In this document: piece after piece, positions 1 to 10,613 of the stretch | Layout: each line of letters begins with the position of its first letter | Position numbering within the stretch: position 1 is the first letter of the stretch | Source of the DNA: an uncultured Methanosarcinaceae archaeon | Lineage (GTDB): Archaea; Halobacteriota; Methanosarcinia; Methanosarcinales; Methanosarcinaceae | Direction: 5' to 3' | Assembly: GCA_963721455.1 (NCBI GenBank) | Contig: CAVRJG010000042.1 | Location: forward strand, 1-64,000 | Length of the DNA stretch: 64,000 bases | Program-made: the position numbers and the translations under genes | The notes under the pieces: generated by a model | The model's database searches: none | What the model was told of the DNA's origin: nothing | Seen by the model: the letters and a program-made list of their open reading frames with translations, nothing else

Positions 1-5
1 AAGAG

Positions 6-503
6 ATGACTGAATTGCTCCGGCAGAGGCACCGTATAGGCCTAAACAAGGATGATGATTTTAGCTGTGAGAAACCTTACGCAGATGATGGACAGCAGCA
101 GAACAATCAGACAAAGATCATGACTATTCTTCTCGGCGCCATCGCCTCTATATCCTTGCTCGTTGGTGGAATTGGCATCATGAATATTATGCTTGTCTCG
201 GTGACGGAACGGACGCGGGAGATCGGCATCAGGATGGCTATAGGGGCAAAGACCTGGGATATAAGGCTTCAATTCATCATGGAAGCGGTGATATTGTCGT
301 TGATGGGCGGTTTTGTCGGTCTCATTGTCGGTTTTACCGGTTCCAAGATCATTTCAGTCATGTCGGGATGGCCGACGGAAGTCTCGGTACTTGCGGCCTT
401 TCTTGCCTTTGCCTTCTCAGGCATGGTGGGTATATTCTTCGGTTTTTATCCTGCTTACAAGGCATCACTGCTCAATCCGATAGATGCCCTCAGATATGAA
501 TAA
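6..503 (+). CDS. MacB/FtsX-type ABC transporter permease, C-terminal part (5' truncated, probable frameshift near 60-110)
   Basis: Motifs LLVGGIGIMNIMLVSVTERTREIGIRMAIGA and PAYKASLLNPIDALRYE. Confidence 0.9.
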   Translation: MTELLRQRHRIGLNKDDDFSCEKPYADDGQQQNNQTKIMTILLGAIASISLLVGGIGIMNIMLVSVTERTREIGIRMAIGAKTWDIRLQFIMEAVILSLMGGFVGLIVGFTGSKIISVMSGWPTEVSVLAAFLAFAFSGMVGIFFGFYPAYKASLLNPIDALRYE

Positions 504-632
504 TAAAGGATAATAACCAAGCACCAAATTACAAATTCCAAACAAAAAGATAATAACCAAATAACCAAATTGCAATGACCAAACAACTGCCACTATTTAT
601 TTGGAATTTGGAATTTGGTTATTTGGTTATTA
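504..632. repeat. Heptamer-periodic palindromic intergenic element, copy 1
   Basis: Left arm of AATAACC/AAATTCC/AATGACC-like units, right arm TTTGGAA TTTGGAA TTTGGTT ATTTGGTTATT; between convergent genes. Confidence 0.75.
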
Positions 633-1092
633 TTTTTTATCAATATGCTGGATGGCTTTTTCGGATAATGCTTTTAACATTGAGTTTGAAGTGCCCTTGA
701 TAATTTCCTGATATATTTTTTTAGCATCCTCATTTTTCCCTCGCATATAATTAATCTTCGCGAGATAGAGCTTGGCAATATAGTATGATTGTCTCTTATT
801 TTTCTGTGCAATCTCATTAAAGATACTCTCTGCTTTTTCAATATCTTCTTGTTTTCCGCTCGTGTTGTATTCGTTAAAGGATTGTATGCCCTGTGTTAGC
901 TTGTATTGGATTTTATCATACTGGCTGTTCAGGTGAAGCATATAAGCGTAACCGGCCGCGATGGCAACGAGGAGGATAACAAGTCCAATGATACACTGCT
1001 TTGAATTATTCACGGATAAATTGCATAGTGGATGTGAACAATGTGAGGAGCATATCCGGTTTATGGATAATTTCTTTATCTTTCTTTTTCAT
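630..1092 (-). CDS. YfgM-like TPR membrane protein (frameshifted near 1013; start MKKKDKEIIHKPD at 1092)
   Basis: N-terminal TM helix followed by TPR-like helices (AKLYLAKINYMRGKNEDAKKIYQEII); ATG at 1092 overlaps upstream stop. Confidence 0.65.
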
Positions 1093-1623
1093 CTTGATTG
1101 GTATTTCAACATATAAACGTTCGGTATGTCAATACAACAGAGAGATATTTTTTCTGTAATCTTTTGCGCGTTCAAATATATGCGGATTCTTCGCATGTTC
1201 TTTCTTTGAATAATGCGGAATATGAATGGATTTAACGTGTATTTTTCCGAGCACGCTCTGAATAGCCTCCTGGGTAAGATAGATGGCCGGTAATACGGTG
1301 CCGAATCCCAGAAGATAGCCAAGATATCTGTACGATATTTCTGGAGGAAGATTAATGTAAAACCAGTTTTGGAGCCGTATATTTATCAATTCAAAAAGAC
1401 ACCAGTATCCGGAAGAGATAATGATAAGAAAGGGCAGGTATCTATTGAGAACAAAAAATCGTTTGTATTTTAAGGAAAGAACAGTATCGAGAAAGATGAT
1501 GTAAGACCACCAGGATGTAATATAATAATAATAAAAAAAAGGTTCTGTTTTTCGAATAAGAGTGTATAAACCGAAGAAATAGAGAGTGACGGCGAAAACA
1601 AATAGGAATAACTGCTTTTTCAC
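1089..1623 (-). CDS. Hypothetical integral membrane protein (probable frameshift near the 3' end)
   Basis: Several hydrophobic helices, WCLFELINIRLQNWFY segment; coupled to flanking genes. Confidence 0.6.
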
Positions 1624-2601
1624 ATATTATTAGAGGTTTTTGTGGGCGTTGATGTTGTTTCGGACCTTTCTTCGAAGAAACCATCCTTTATCCTTGTCGC
1701 GCCGGTGAATGCATTTGTGTAATAATCAGATGAGAGGGCATCTATCTTAACGCCTATCCGTCCATGACCCGAAGATGAATGGATAAAGTTGCCGTCACCG
1801 ATATAGATTCCTACATGGGTCGGATATTTCACATATCGTTTTGTTTTAAAGAATACAAGGTCACCAACGGCAAGTTCTTCTCTTCTTATTTTTGAGCCGA
1901 CTTGAAACTGTTCCCGGGCGCTTCTCGGAAGCTGAATATCAAATATTTCATAAATTTTTTTCACGTAGGCGGAACAATCAAGACCTTTGACCGTGGTCCC
2001 TCCGTATTTATAGGGGGCCCCCATAAAGCTTTTGGCAACCTTGACGAGCATATACTTCTCATCACTGTTTTTCCATGGTTTGATGGGCTTGTTGGTAAGG
2101 TTGACAATTTCTTCTTCGCCCTCATCGATAATTTTGGGGATAAGGACCGTTCTTCCCGGTGACAGTCTTTTGTCTTTTGAGACTCTGAAGATTATTTGAT
2201 TCAATAAGCTCTTCTCTGTCAACATTAAAGAATGTTGCGATTTTATCGATGGTATCACCTTTTTTGACCTTGTACTCGATGAATTCACCATCGTTTTCTC
2301 CGACAGGGACTTCAATCTCCTGGAGTTGTTTCTTTTTGGCAGTATTGTTTTTCTGTAGTGTATATCGTGTGGTTTTTTTCTTATTGTTTTTGATAACTAT
2401 GGTCTGGCCGGGGGAGAGTTTGGTGGATTTCAGGTTGTTCTGACTTTTTAACTGGTTAACGGATAGATGATATTTTTTTGCGATACTGTGTAAACTATCG
2501 CCTTGCTTAACCTTATGTACAGTCTGTGCTGCGCCTGCAATATGTGGTGTTACGATGCATAGAAAAAAAAGCAGTGCTGAGGCAAATATTGTTTTTCTCA
2601 T
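1620..2601 (-). CDS. LysM-repeat NlpC/P60 peptidoglycan endopeptidase (split by frameshift ~2150-2200)
   Basis: Signal peptide, LysM motifs HKVKQGDSL and YKVKKGDTI, NlpC/P60 motifs PYKYGG, DCSAY, HVGIY, FIHSS. Confidence 0.9.
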
Positions 2602-2827
2602 AACACCCCTTGAGATTACTGTAAACACTACCTTATCAGAATAAAGAAAAAACTGTCAAGAAAAAAAGCTACTAATTGTGAGCTTGAGCACAGTATTTCC
2701 TTCTCATGCCCTGTATTTATTGACGATAGAGCATATGTTGTGTTGAATAAGTGAAATTTGTCACATTTCTATTGATTTTATTGTCTTATTACAGATAAAA
2801 TATGACAAAAAGCCTTGGAGGTTCGTG

Positions 2828-4820
2828 ATGGAGGAGATCGGAAGAGAGGTTCTTTGGAATGTAGGCCGGGTGCCAGATTAATCACCTATGTACTTGCCGC
2901 GATAGCGATGTATTTTTTCATTAGTGGGAATTGTGAAAAGATACAAGATGTGGAAGATCGGAAAGCCCTCGCCAATGGATTTTAAGAAGACATTGGGGAA
3001 ACGGATAGGATATTTCATATCAAATGGGATATTCCACAAATCAATTCTCAGGGAATCCTTTCCCGGTATAATGCACTTTTTCTGTTCTGGGGATTTCTGT
3101 TTCTCTTGCTTCGGTACAGCCACGATTGTTATCCAGGATGATTTTCTCGAACTCCTTTTTAAGATAAAGTATCTTGTGGGAAATTTCTATCTTATTTTCT
3201 CCTTTATCCTTGAAATTGCCGGATTGATGGCAATCGTCGGTATTCTGCTTGCCCTGTGGAGAAGATATGTTGTGAAACCGAAGAGACTCGACAGCAAACC
3301 TGAAGACGCCATTATCCTCCTCTGGATTCTCGTGGTTCTTATCACGGGTTTTCTTGTAGAGGGCGCGAGGATCGCGGCAACACGACCCGAATATGAAGTC
3401 TGGAGCTTTGTCGGATGGGCTATTGCCGGTATTTTTACGGGCTCGCAAGAGGGTCTTAAGGTGGTCCACAGGGTACTCTGGTATCTCCACATGCTCCTTT
3501 CATTTGGATTGATAGTGTATATCGTTTATTCGAAACTGCTCCACATCATTACATCTTCGTTAAATATGATGTTCAGGGGTCGTTGAAGACACACCGAGAG
3601 GCGCCATTCAACCTATCGCCGATTTTGAAACTGCTGAGGAATTCGGCGTGAACAGCATAGAGGGATTCACCAGAAGCCAGGTTTTTGATCTCGATGCCTG
3701 TACACGATGTGGTCGATGCCAGGACCTCTGCCCGGCTTACAATACCGAAAAACCGCTTTCACCGAAGCAATTCATACAGGATTTGAAAGGCGAATGGGAG
3801 AGAATAGCAAGCGGTGTTAAAAACGAAGATGGTATTATTGACAAGGTTATCCAGGAAGAAACGCTCTGGTCATGCACGGCCTGTCTCGCGTGCCAGGTCA
3901 ACTGCCCCATCTCGATCCCGACCTTTGACAAGAATATTGAAATGAGAAGGTATCTCACGCTCACGTTAAGCAAGACGACCTCTGAAACAAGGCTTCTTTT
4001 CAAGAACCTCCAGCAGAAGAATGATCCCTATGGAATGGGCAAGAGACAGAGAACGGAATGGATAGCCGACCTCGGTGTCAAGAATATTGCCGAGCAGGAA
4101 TCCGAATATCTCTATTGGGTGGGGTGTGTCGCGTCCCTTGACGACAGAAACAGGAAGGTCGCAAAGTCCTTTGCGTCGATCCTCAACAAGGCCGGTGTCT
4201 CCTTCGGCATTCTCGGTCAGGACGAGGCCTGCTGCGGTGATCCTGCCCGCAGATGCGGCAACGAAGAACTCTACCTCGGAATCGCACAGGGTAATGTTGA
4301 GCTTCTCAACGAAATGGGCGTCAAGAAGATCATTACAACCTGCCCCCATTGTTACCACACCTTGAAGAACGAATACCCGCAAATAGGCGGCAATTTTGAG
4401 GTTTACCATCAGTCGGAATTTATCTGGAAACTTGTAAAAGAAGGCAAACTTTCGCTCAATCCGTCAATCGAGGGTACCATTACATTCCATGATCCCTGTT
4501 ATCTTGGAAGAGTCAACGGTGTTTTTGAAGACCCGCGTAATGTTGTAAATAAAGTGAGCAAAGGTCCATATCTCGAGATGGAAAGAAACCATGACAGAAG
4601 TTTCTGCTGTGGCGGTGGCGGTGGCAGGATATGGATGGAAGAGCACCATAAGAGAATAAACCACGCGAGAATCGATGAGGCCATCGCTCTTTCGGCCAAT
4701 ACGGTTGTCACGGCCTGTCCTTATTGCCTTATTATGATGGAAGATGCCATTAAGGATAAAGAAAAGGGCGAAACCATGAAAGTCCTTGATCTCTCTGAGA
4801 TTGTAGTGAAAAGTATTTAG
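2828..4820 (+). CDS. Membrane-bound Fe-S oxidoreductase (NarI-like TM + 4Fe-4S + CCG domains; FadF/HdrF/DUF224-type), frameshifted
   Basis: TM region with His ligands (HMLLS, KLLHII), CTRCGRCQDLCP, CTACLACQVNCP, CCG motifs; ORFs 2924-3586 and 3648-4820 plus N-terminus MEEIGREVLWNV at 2828. Confidence 0.85.
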
Positions 4821-4841
4821 GAACGAAAAAACAGGCGAAGT

Positions 4842-4883
4842 AAATATAAAAGGATGGGGGATTAACCCATCCTTTTATATTTT
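4842..4883. terminator. Bidirectional intrinsic terminator
   Basis: AAATATAAAAGGATGGG..CCCATCCTTTTATATTT inverted repeat between convergent genes. Confidence 0.8.
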
Positions 4884-4895
4884 ATGAATTCCTGA

Positions 4896-5069
4896 TTACC
4901 CTTCTAAAGTAATGGCCTCTACAGGGCATTCTTCTACGCAGGCGCCACATTCTGTGCAGAGCTCAGGATCAACCTTTGCCACATCATCAACGGTGATCGC
5001 GTCAGCTGGGCAAATCTCCGCGCAAGCTCCACATCCGGTACAGGCATCTTGATCAATTTTAGCAGGCAT
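4896..5069 (-). CDS. 2x[4Fe-4S] ferredoxin, 57 aa (missing from ORF track)
   Basis: Manual translation MPAKIDQDACTGCGACAEICPADAITVDDVAKVDPELCTECGACVEECPVEAITLEG; two CxxCxxCxxxCP motifs; AGGAGG RBS. Confidence 0.95.
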   Translation of the reverse strand: MPAKIDQDACTGCGACAEICPADAITVDDVAKVDPELCTECGACVEECPVEAITLEG

Positions 5070-5316
5070 GTATATCCCTCCTTTCTTTTTATAATTTCCT
5101 AAACAAATAAATGAAGAATGTCAATAAAAAAATAAATGCGCCTAATCTTTTCCTAATTCATAGTCCGTGACAGTTTATAACAGATAAACAGGAAAAAGTC
5201 CAATGAAAACATAAAAAATGTGGAAATTTACGACCATTTGACAGTTATAACCCATATTCATTGTTTTCACGTTGATTTCCATTGACATATATATCAACAT
5301 TGAATAATATTTCCCC

Positions 5317-6048
5317 ATGCAAGAAATCTTTACATTGCAGTTTTGGCAGGATATGTTTAAAGATCTTTGGGAATACTTCCAGGATTTTTTTCTAAATATC
5401 CTTGTCATGATCGTTATCATGATTATCGGGTTCATCATCAGCTGGCTTGTAAAGATGCTTCTGAGCAAAATGTTGAAGTGGTTCCGTTTCGATAAATGGG
5501 CGCAGGAAGCGGGGATTACTAATTTTTTGGAAAAAGGTGGTGTACAAACACTGCCGTCTCTCATCCTCAGTAAGATCATATACTGGATCTTTATTGTTTT
5601 CTTTTTGTCCGTTGGTTTGAATTTGGCCGGTATTTCCCAGTTTTCCGAGTATGCCTCACGGATTTCCGCGGCGCTTCCCATTATTATTGTATCCTTTGTC
5701 ATTGTCATCGTAGGTATTATCTTCAGTAATTTTATCAGCAGGGTAATCTATCTCGGTTGTGAAAACGCACGATTTCAGTATGGTGATTTCATTGCGAAAG
5801 GTGTCAGGATCCTCTTAATCGTTATCATATTCGGTATTGTTTTTGAATACATCGGTCTTGGCAATACGATTGTTACTGCCAGCTTTCTTATAGTATTCGG
5901 CGGTATTGTACTTGTTCTTTCCCTTGCCCTTGGTATCGGTTTAAGCAATGTTGTCGGGGACCTGATCAGAGAGAAATTCAAATCAATGGCTGCGCATAAA
6001 GACAATAAACACACATCAATATTTGACCATCCTAAAGATCCACAATAA
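5317..6048 (+). CDS. CmpX-like TM-helix repeat / small mechanosensitive channel family protein
   Basis: Multiple TM helices, LPIIIVSFVIVIVG and LALGIG motifs. Confidence 0.7.
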   Translation: MQEIFTLQFWQDMFKDLWEYFQDFFLNILVMIVIMIIGFIISWLVKMLLSKMLKWFRFDKWAQEAGITNFLEKGGVQTLPSLILSKIIYWIFIVFFLSVGLNLAGISQFSEYASRISAALPIIIVSFVIVIVGIIFSNFISRVIYLGCENARFQYGDFIAKGVRILLIVIIFGIVFEYIGLGNTIVTASFLIVFGGIVLVLSLALGIGLSNVVGDLIREKFKSMAAHKDNKHTSIFDHPKDPQ

Positions 6049-6186
6049 AAAGATAATAACCAATAACCAAATCACCAAGGTATCAAAGAGTAGAAAATAT
6101 GCTTACTTTTTATTGGTCATTGTAATTTGGTAATTGGTTATTATCTTCTTGTTTGGGATTTGAAATTTGGTTATTGGTTATTATCT
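6049..6186. repeat. Heptamer-periodic palindromic element, copy 2
   Basis: GATAATAACCAATAACCAAATCACC ... TTGGTCATTGTAATTTGGTAATTGGTTATTATC ... TTTGGTTATTGGTTATTATC. Confidence 0.75.
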
Positions 6187-6897
6187 TTTCAATAGGTATT
6201 TATCGAACCAATTCAGCGCAAGATGTATGACTCTCTCTCTGTGAGAAGGATCAGAAAACACATGGTCTCCCCCCTCTATGATTTCAAGTCTTTTGGGCTG
6301 TTGCAGATTTTCATAGATCTTTTTTCCTTCAATGCAGGGAACAGTTTCATCTATCTCTCCGTGTATGACCAGCGCGCAGGAGACGTTTCCTGATTCTGAA
6401 AGTATGTCATACGTTGAAAAATCAGTATATATATCATCTTTGAAGAAAATATTATCAATGCTGCCATCCCCCTCTTTTGCCAAAATATAGGGGGTTGCCC
6501 AGAGGGATACGCATTTTATCCGTTTATCCCGTGCTGACTTTATGAGGCCTGCAGTTCCACCGAAACTGCTCCCGATGATGCCGATTTTATCAGGATTGAC
6601 ACTGCGGTGGCGAAGAACATAATCGACAATGGTATTTAAATTGTCAAGCCGTATAGTGAGGGTTGTTTCTTCTATATTGCCGCCGCTGTCGCCGCATCCG
6701 TGATAATCGAACCTGCACGATGCTATACCCGCTCTTGGCAAATCTTTCCGAAATCGCCACATATTTGGAGCTTTCCTTTGAACTGATAAGACCGTGGGAG
6801 AGAACAACACAGGGAAATGTTCCCTTACCTTCCGGAAGCACCATTAATCCGCTTATTTTGTTAAATGTTGAGGTGATTTCAAAGGGTCTCTAATCAT
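6181..6897 (-). CDS. Alpha/beta fold hydrolase (frameshifted)
   Basis: VVLSHG, RFDYHGCGDSGG, GSSFGG nucleophile elbow, IHGEIDETVP, GGDHVF. Confidence 0.85.
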
Positions 6898-6901
6898 GAT
6901 T

Positions 6902-7375
6902 CTATTCTTCTCTGAGACTCTCCAGTATCTCTTCGAGTCGAATGAGATTTATGACATCTTCCTTGTTGTATTCGAGCAAAAGATTAAGGGCGTCACGATT
7001 ACCGTATTTTTTATAATTTTCCCATAACCACATTGCCTTGTATCCGTTCATCCCGTCTGTTTTTCGTTCAATACCGAACATCTTCTCGAGTTGTTTAAGA
7101 CCGCCCTTGATGCCAAGTTTCTTTTTTTCTTTAAAAAGATCACGGGAGACGCATTGTGCTTTTAGATCGATATTGAGAGACTCCTTGATTCTTGGAAGGT
7201 CAAAGAGGTCACCGTTGAAGGTGACGATGGTCTTTATATCGCCCAGTTCCTGCTCGATATTGCTTGCTTTTATGTCCTCACCATACCACTGGAGAAAACC
7301 GTTATTTTCGATAGAGATACCGAATACGCAGATTTTGCCTGCACGATCGGTTTCTATATCAAGATATGCCCTCAT
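6902..7375 (-). CDS. YprB-like RNase H-fold exonuclease
   Basis: YLDIET, VTFNGDLFDLP, GGLKQLE, YNKEDV motifs. Confidence 0.85.
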   Translation of the reverse strand: MRAYLDIETDRAGKICVFGISIENNGFLQWYGEDIKASNIEQELGDIKTIVTFNGDLFDLPRIKESLNIDLKAQCVSRDLFKEKKKLGIKGGLKQLEKMFGIERKTDGMNGYKAMWLWENYKKYGNRDALNLLLEYNKEDVINLIRLEEILESLREE

Positions 7376-7430
7376 GAGATTGCTCCTTTCTTAAGAACCC
7401 TGCCAGGATTTATTATTATATCGTTTCCAC

Positions 7431-8510
7431 TTATGTCCTTAAGGTCACTATGCCGATGACCCCCGAAGAGATGAAGAGAAGATTTGAGAACCATGCGGCA
7501 AACAGAGGAGGAAAAATTTCAGAATAACCGAGTGAGAGTGAAATCGAATGGAAGACCCAGTAACAAGCACCGAGCAAAATACCGGAGAAAATGCCTATTG
7601 AAATATGTTTTGTCTTCATGTATCTGAGACCCACAGAAAAGGCAGCAAATACCATGATAAGGTTAATGAACGGAAAGGCTATTTTATCATACAGATCAAC
7701 GAGGTATCTTTTAATGTCGTGCCCATCACGCTGAAGCCTTCTGATATAGCGGGAGAGTTCCTGATATCCCATGTCTTCAGGGTTTTTATCGGCGATTTTA
7801 AAGATCGACGGGGGTTCCTGAAGAAGATCTTTGAATTGTTCATATGTTTTTTTTGCCACTAACCCTTTTGCATCAAAGGTCCGTTCTGTAACGTTTGTAA
7901 AGTACCACGAATTATCTTTGAATATACCTTCTTTTGCGTCATACCTTTTTTTAACAGAGAACGTTTCTGAAAGCTCCAAAACGGTCAGTCCTTTTATTAT
8001 GTCTTTTTTTGCATCAAAAAAATCTATATTGTAGATTACATTATTTCTTTTAAACCATATACTGTTGTTTTTGAAGAATACCTTCGCTTCTTCACCTTTT
8101 ATCTTGACCCGGTACAGATAATCGGAAGCGCTGGAAGTGAAAGGTATTATCCACTCCGCAAGAACAAATGAGAGTACTACAAGGACCAGTGAAAAAGCAA
8201 GAAGAGGTTTCATAAGCGACGCGGTGCTGATGCCTGAAGTTCGGACAACGATCATTTCATTTCCTCTGACCATGAGGATGAGGAGTATCAGTATTGAAAT
8301 AAGAAAAGCCAGGGGAAGAATGAGATGAATGTAATACGGTGTTCTGAGCAAAAGATACAGTATGCTGAGGAGAAAATTACTGAAAGACCGGGTAAAGATG
8401 TCCATATGTTCGAAGAACTCGATGGTGATGAACATGATAATCCCCCCAAGTTCTGTAATGAACAGGAGCTTTATCACGTTGGCGATGAGATATCTATTTA
8501 GTCTTTTCAA
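7431..8510 (-). CDS. lptG: LPS export ABC transporter permease LptG
   Basis: YjgP/YjgQ family signature GNEMIVVRTSGIS; 6 TM plus periplasmic domain; downstream of lptF. Confidence 0.85.
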   Translation of the reverse strand: MKRLNRYLIANVIKLLFITELGGIIMFITIEFFEHMDIFTRSFSNFLLSILYLLLRTPYYIHLILPLAFLISILILLILMVRGNEMIVVRTSGISTASLMKPLLAFSLVLVVLSFVLAEWIIPFTSSASDYLYRVKIKGEEAKVFFKNNSIWFKRNNVIYNIDFFDAKKDIIKGLTVLELSETFSVKKRYDAKEGIFKDNSWYFTNVTERTFDAKGLVAKKTYEQFKDLLQEPPSIFKIADKNPEDMGYQELSRYIRRLQRDGHDIKRYLVDLYDKIAFPFINLIMVFAAFSVGLRYMKTKHISIGIFSGILLGACYWVFHSISLSLGYSEIFPPLFAAWFSNLLFISSGVIGIVTLRT

Positions 8511-9679
8511 GGCAGTACGTCCAGAAGTATCTTAATTTTTGTGATATTGTTGCGTATTCTTCTTCGTTAATGTGTTTCAGAAGATAAAATCCCATTGCCA
8601 CAATGATAATATCGGGAAGAAAAGCAGTGATAACAGCCGGCAAATGGATTGTTTTCCCGATATTTTCCGTGAATGCCATAAGTATATAATAAAATATGAA
8701 GACCAGAAGACTGTAAAGCGTACCGGAAAATCTGCCCTCGATTTTTCTCTTCACGCCAAGGGGTATGGTAAGGAATATAAATGCCAGAGGTGAGAGGGGG
8801 ATGGTGATCTTTTTGTATATTTCGAGGAGTATATCATATCGCTCGTCATAGTTTTTGGCAGACAGCAAGGTTTTTTTTCAGTTCCTTCCTGTCCATTTCA
8901 TACCACGATTTTCTCAATTCCCCACCAGAACGGATCATCGAAGAGAGGTTCATGGAAAACGTGTAGTTGTCGAAGGCAATGGTCCTGTATGTATCGTTTG
9001 CTTTTTCCCATCGATGAAGATTTCCGTTTTCGAGGGCGAAATAGAGATCAAGGGTGTCCGGATTAATGTTTATATATCCTTTTTTCGCGGATACGGTCTG
9101 TTTCACTTCCTTGTCTCTGTCGTCCGATATGACGACCCCTGAGAGAAACTTATTTTGTGTATCCACCTTATCGATATAGATGACAATACCGGGGATTGTA
9201 TCGTTGAATACCCCTTCTTTATCGTCAACAGAAATCCCTTTTTTAATGACATTTATGAGTGTGTTTCTGAAAAGCCCGCCGCTTTTCGGTAAAAGCAGGT
9301 TTGTGTTTAATAGTCCGCAGAATGTTATAAACAAGCCGAGAACGATAATGGGTATAAAAAGATTTTTCAGGTCTACACCGCTTGATTTTAATACAAGGAT
9401 CTCATTTTCTGAAGAAAGTCTGCCGAGGACAACAATGATTGAGAGAAGAAAGGCCATGGGTAATGTAAATGTGAGGTAAGGAGGAGTGGAATAGACGATC
9501 AAGAGAAGAATATCCGTGAATCCTACCCCTTTATTGATGACGAGGTCGGCCATTTTGCCAAGTCTGCTGAGGACAAGAATAAATGTGAGGACCCCCATGG
9601 AGACGAGGAGGGTAATGATCAGTTCTTTCAGGATGTATATATTGAACTGAGAACGCAATTTCTTCAATATTTCCATCAT
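8494..9679 (-). CDS. lptF: LPS export ABC transporter permease LptF (frameshift ~8860)
   Basis: GRLSSENEILVLKSSGV signature; C-terminus in ORF 8494-8868. Confidence 0.85.
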
Positions 9680-9720
9680 GTAATGTAACATTGCGAGCCG
9701 TGATATGTCAATGTGAAGCT

Positions 9721-9900
9721 GAATAACCAATGACCAAATTACAAGGTACAAACAAAAAAATAATGACCAATAACAAATCTCAAATTCCAAATGAGAAGAT
9801 AATGACCAATTAACAAATTTCAAGTTCCATATAGAATTTGATACATTGGTCATTATCTTGATTGTACTTGGTCATTGGTGCTTGGTAATTGATTATTTTC
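9721..9900. repeat. Heptamer-periodic palindromic element, copy 3
   Basis: AATAACC AATGACC AAATTAC ... TTGGTCATTGGTGCTTGGTAATTGATTATT; between divergent genes. Confidence 0.75.
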
Positions 9901-9948
9901 ATCACATTGACATCGCCGCGGATTTTGTATACAGTAATTTTAATCAGT

Positions 9949-10425
9949 ATGAAAATAGGGATACTTTCCGATACTCATCTTACAAATATTACAGAAGATT
10001 TTAAGGAAACAATGAAAAGGGTCTTCGACGGTGTCGATATGATTATCCATGCGGGAGATATGACCGGAATCAGTGTTTTCAATTACCTTTCCAATTGGGA
10101 ACTCAAGGCGGTGAGAGGTAACATGGATGATTTTGATTTGTACAACCTGCTTCCCGAAAAACGAATAGAAAATATCATGGGAAAGAACGTAGGAATCATT
10201 CACGGCAAGGGCCCACCCAACGGCATTGAAAATGTGGTATTAAGGGAATTTCAGAATGTTGATTTGATTATATTTGGTCATTCCCATGTTCCCCTTGAAA
10301 CAAAGAAAAGGGGTGTCCTGTTGTTTAATCCGGGAAGCTATCGGAGGAGCTATTCATACCGTGGAACTGTCGGAATTATAGAGATAGCCGACAACATTAC
10401 CCTCCGGCATATTGAAGTTGAGTAA
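9949..10425 (+). CDS. Metallophosphoesterase, YfcE/MJ0936 family
   Basis: SDTH, IHAGD, VRGNMD, HG, FGHSHVP, NPGS motifs. Confidence 0.9.
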   Translation: MKIGILSDTHLTNITEDFKETMKRVFDGVDMIIHAGDMTGISVFNYLSNWELKAVRGNMDDFDLYNLLPEKRIENIMGKNVGIIHGKGPPNGIENVVLREFQNVDLIIFGHSHVPLETKKRGVLLFNPGSYRRSYSYRGTVGIIEIADNITLRHIEVE

Positions 10426-10602
10426 TAAGCAATTATCAATCACCAAACAACAATCACTAAATAAAACCGTTCCCAGGATAATGAAAAAACGCCATTTGCC
10501 GATAATATATATGAGATGATGGTGGACTTCAGGGTTATTATGTTTAAGATGTTTCAGATGTTGATATGTGTGTTTGGTTATTGTAATTTGATTATTGGAC
10601 AT
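10426..10602. repeat. Heptamer-periodic palindromic element, copy 4 (degenerate)
   Basis: AATTATC AATCACC AAAC ... GTTTGGTTATTGTAATTTGATTATTGG. Confidence 0.55.
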
Positions 10603-10613
10603 TAGGTGTAGAT

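Noticed and set aside
9680-9948. N-terminal extensions of LptF and the phosphoesterase in the ORF track
   Set aside because: They run through the heptamer repeat element; family-typical starts are at 9679 and 9949.
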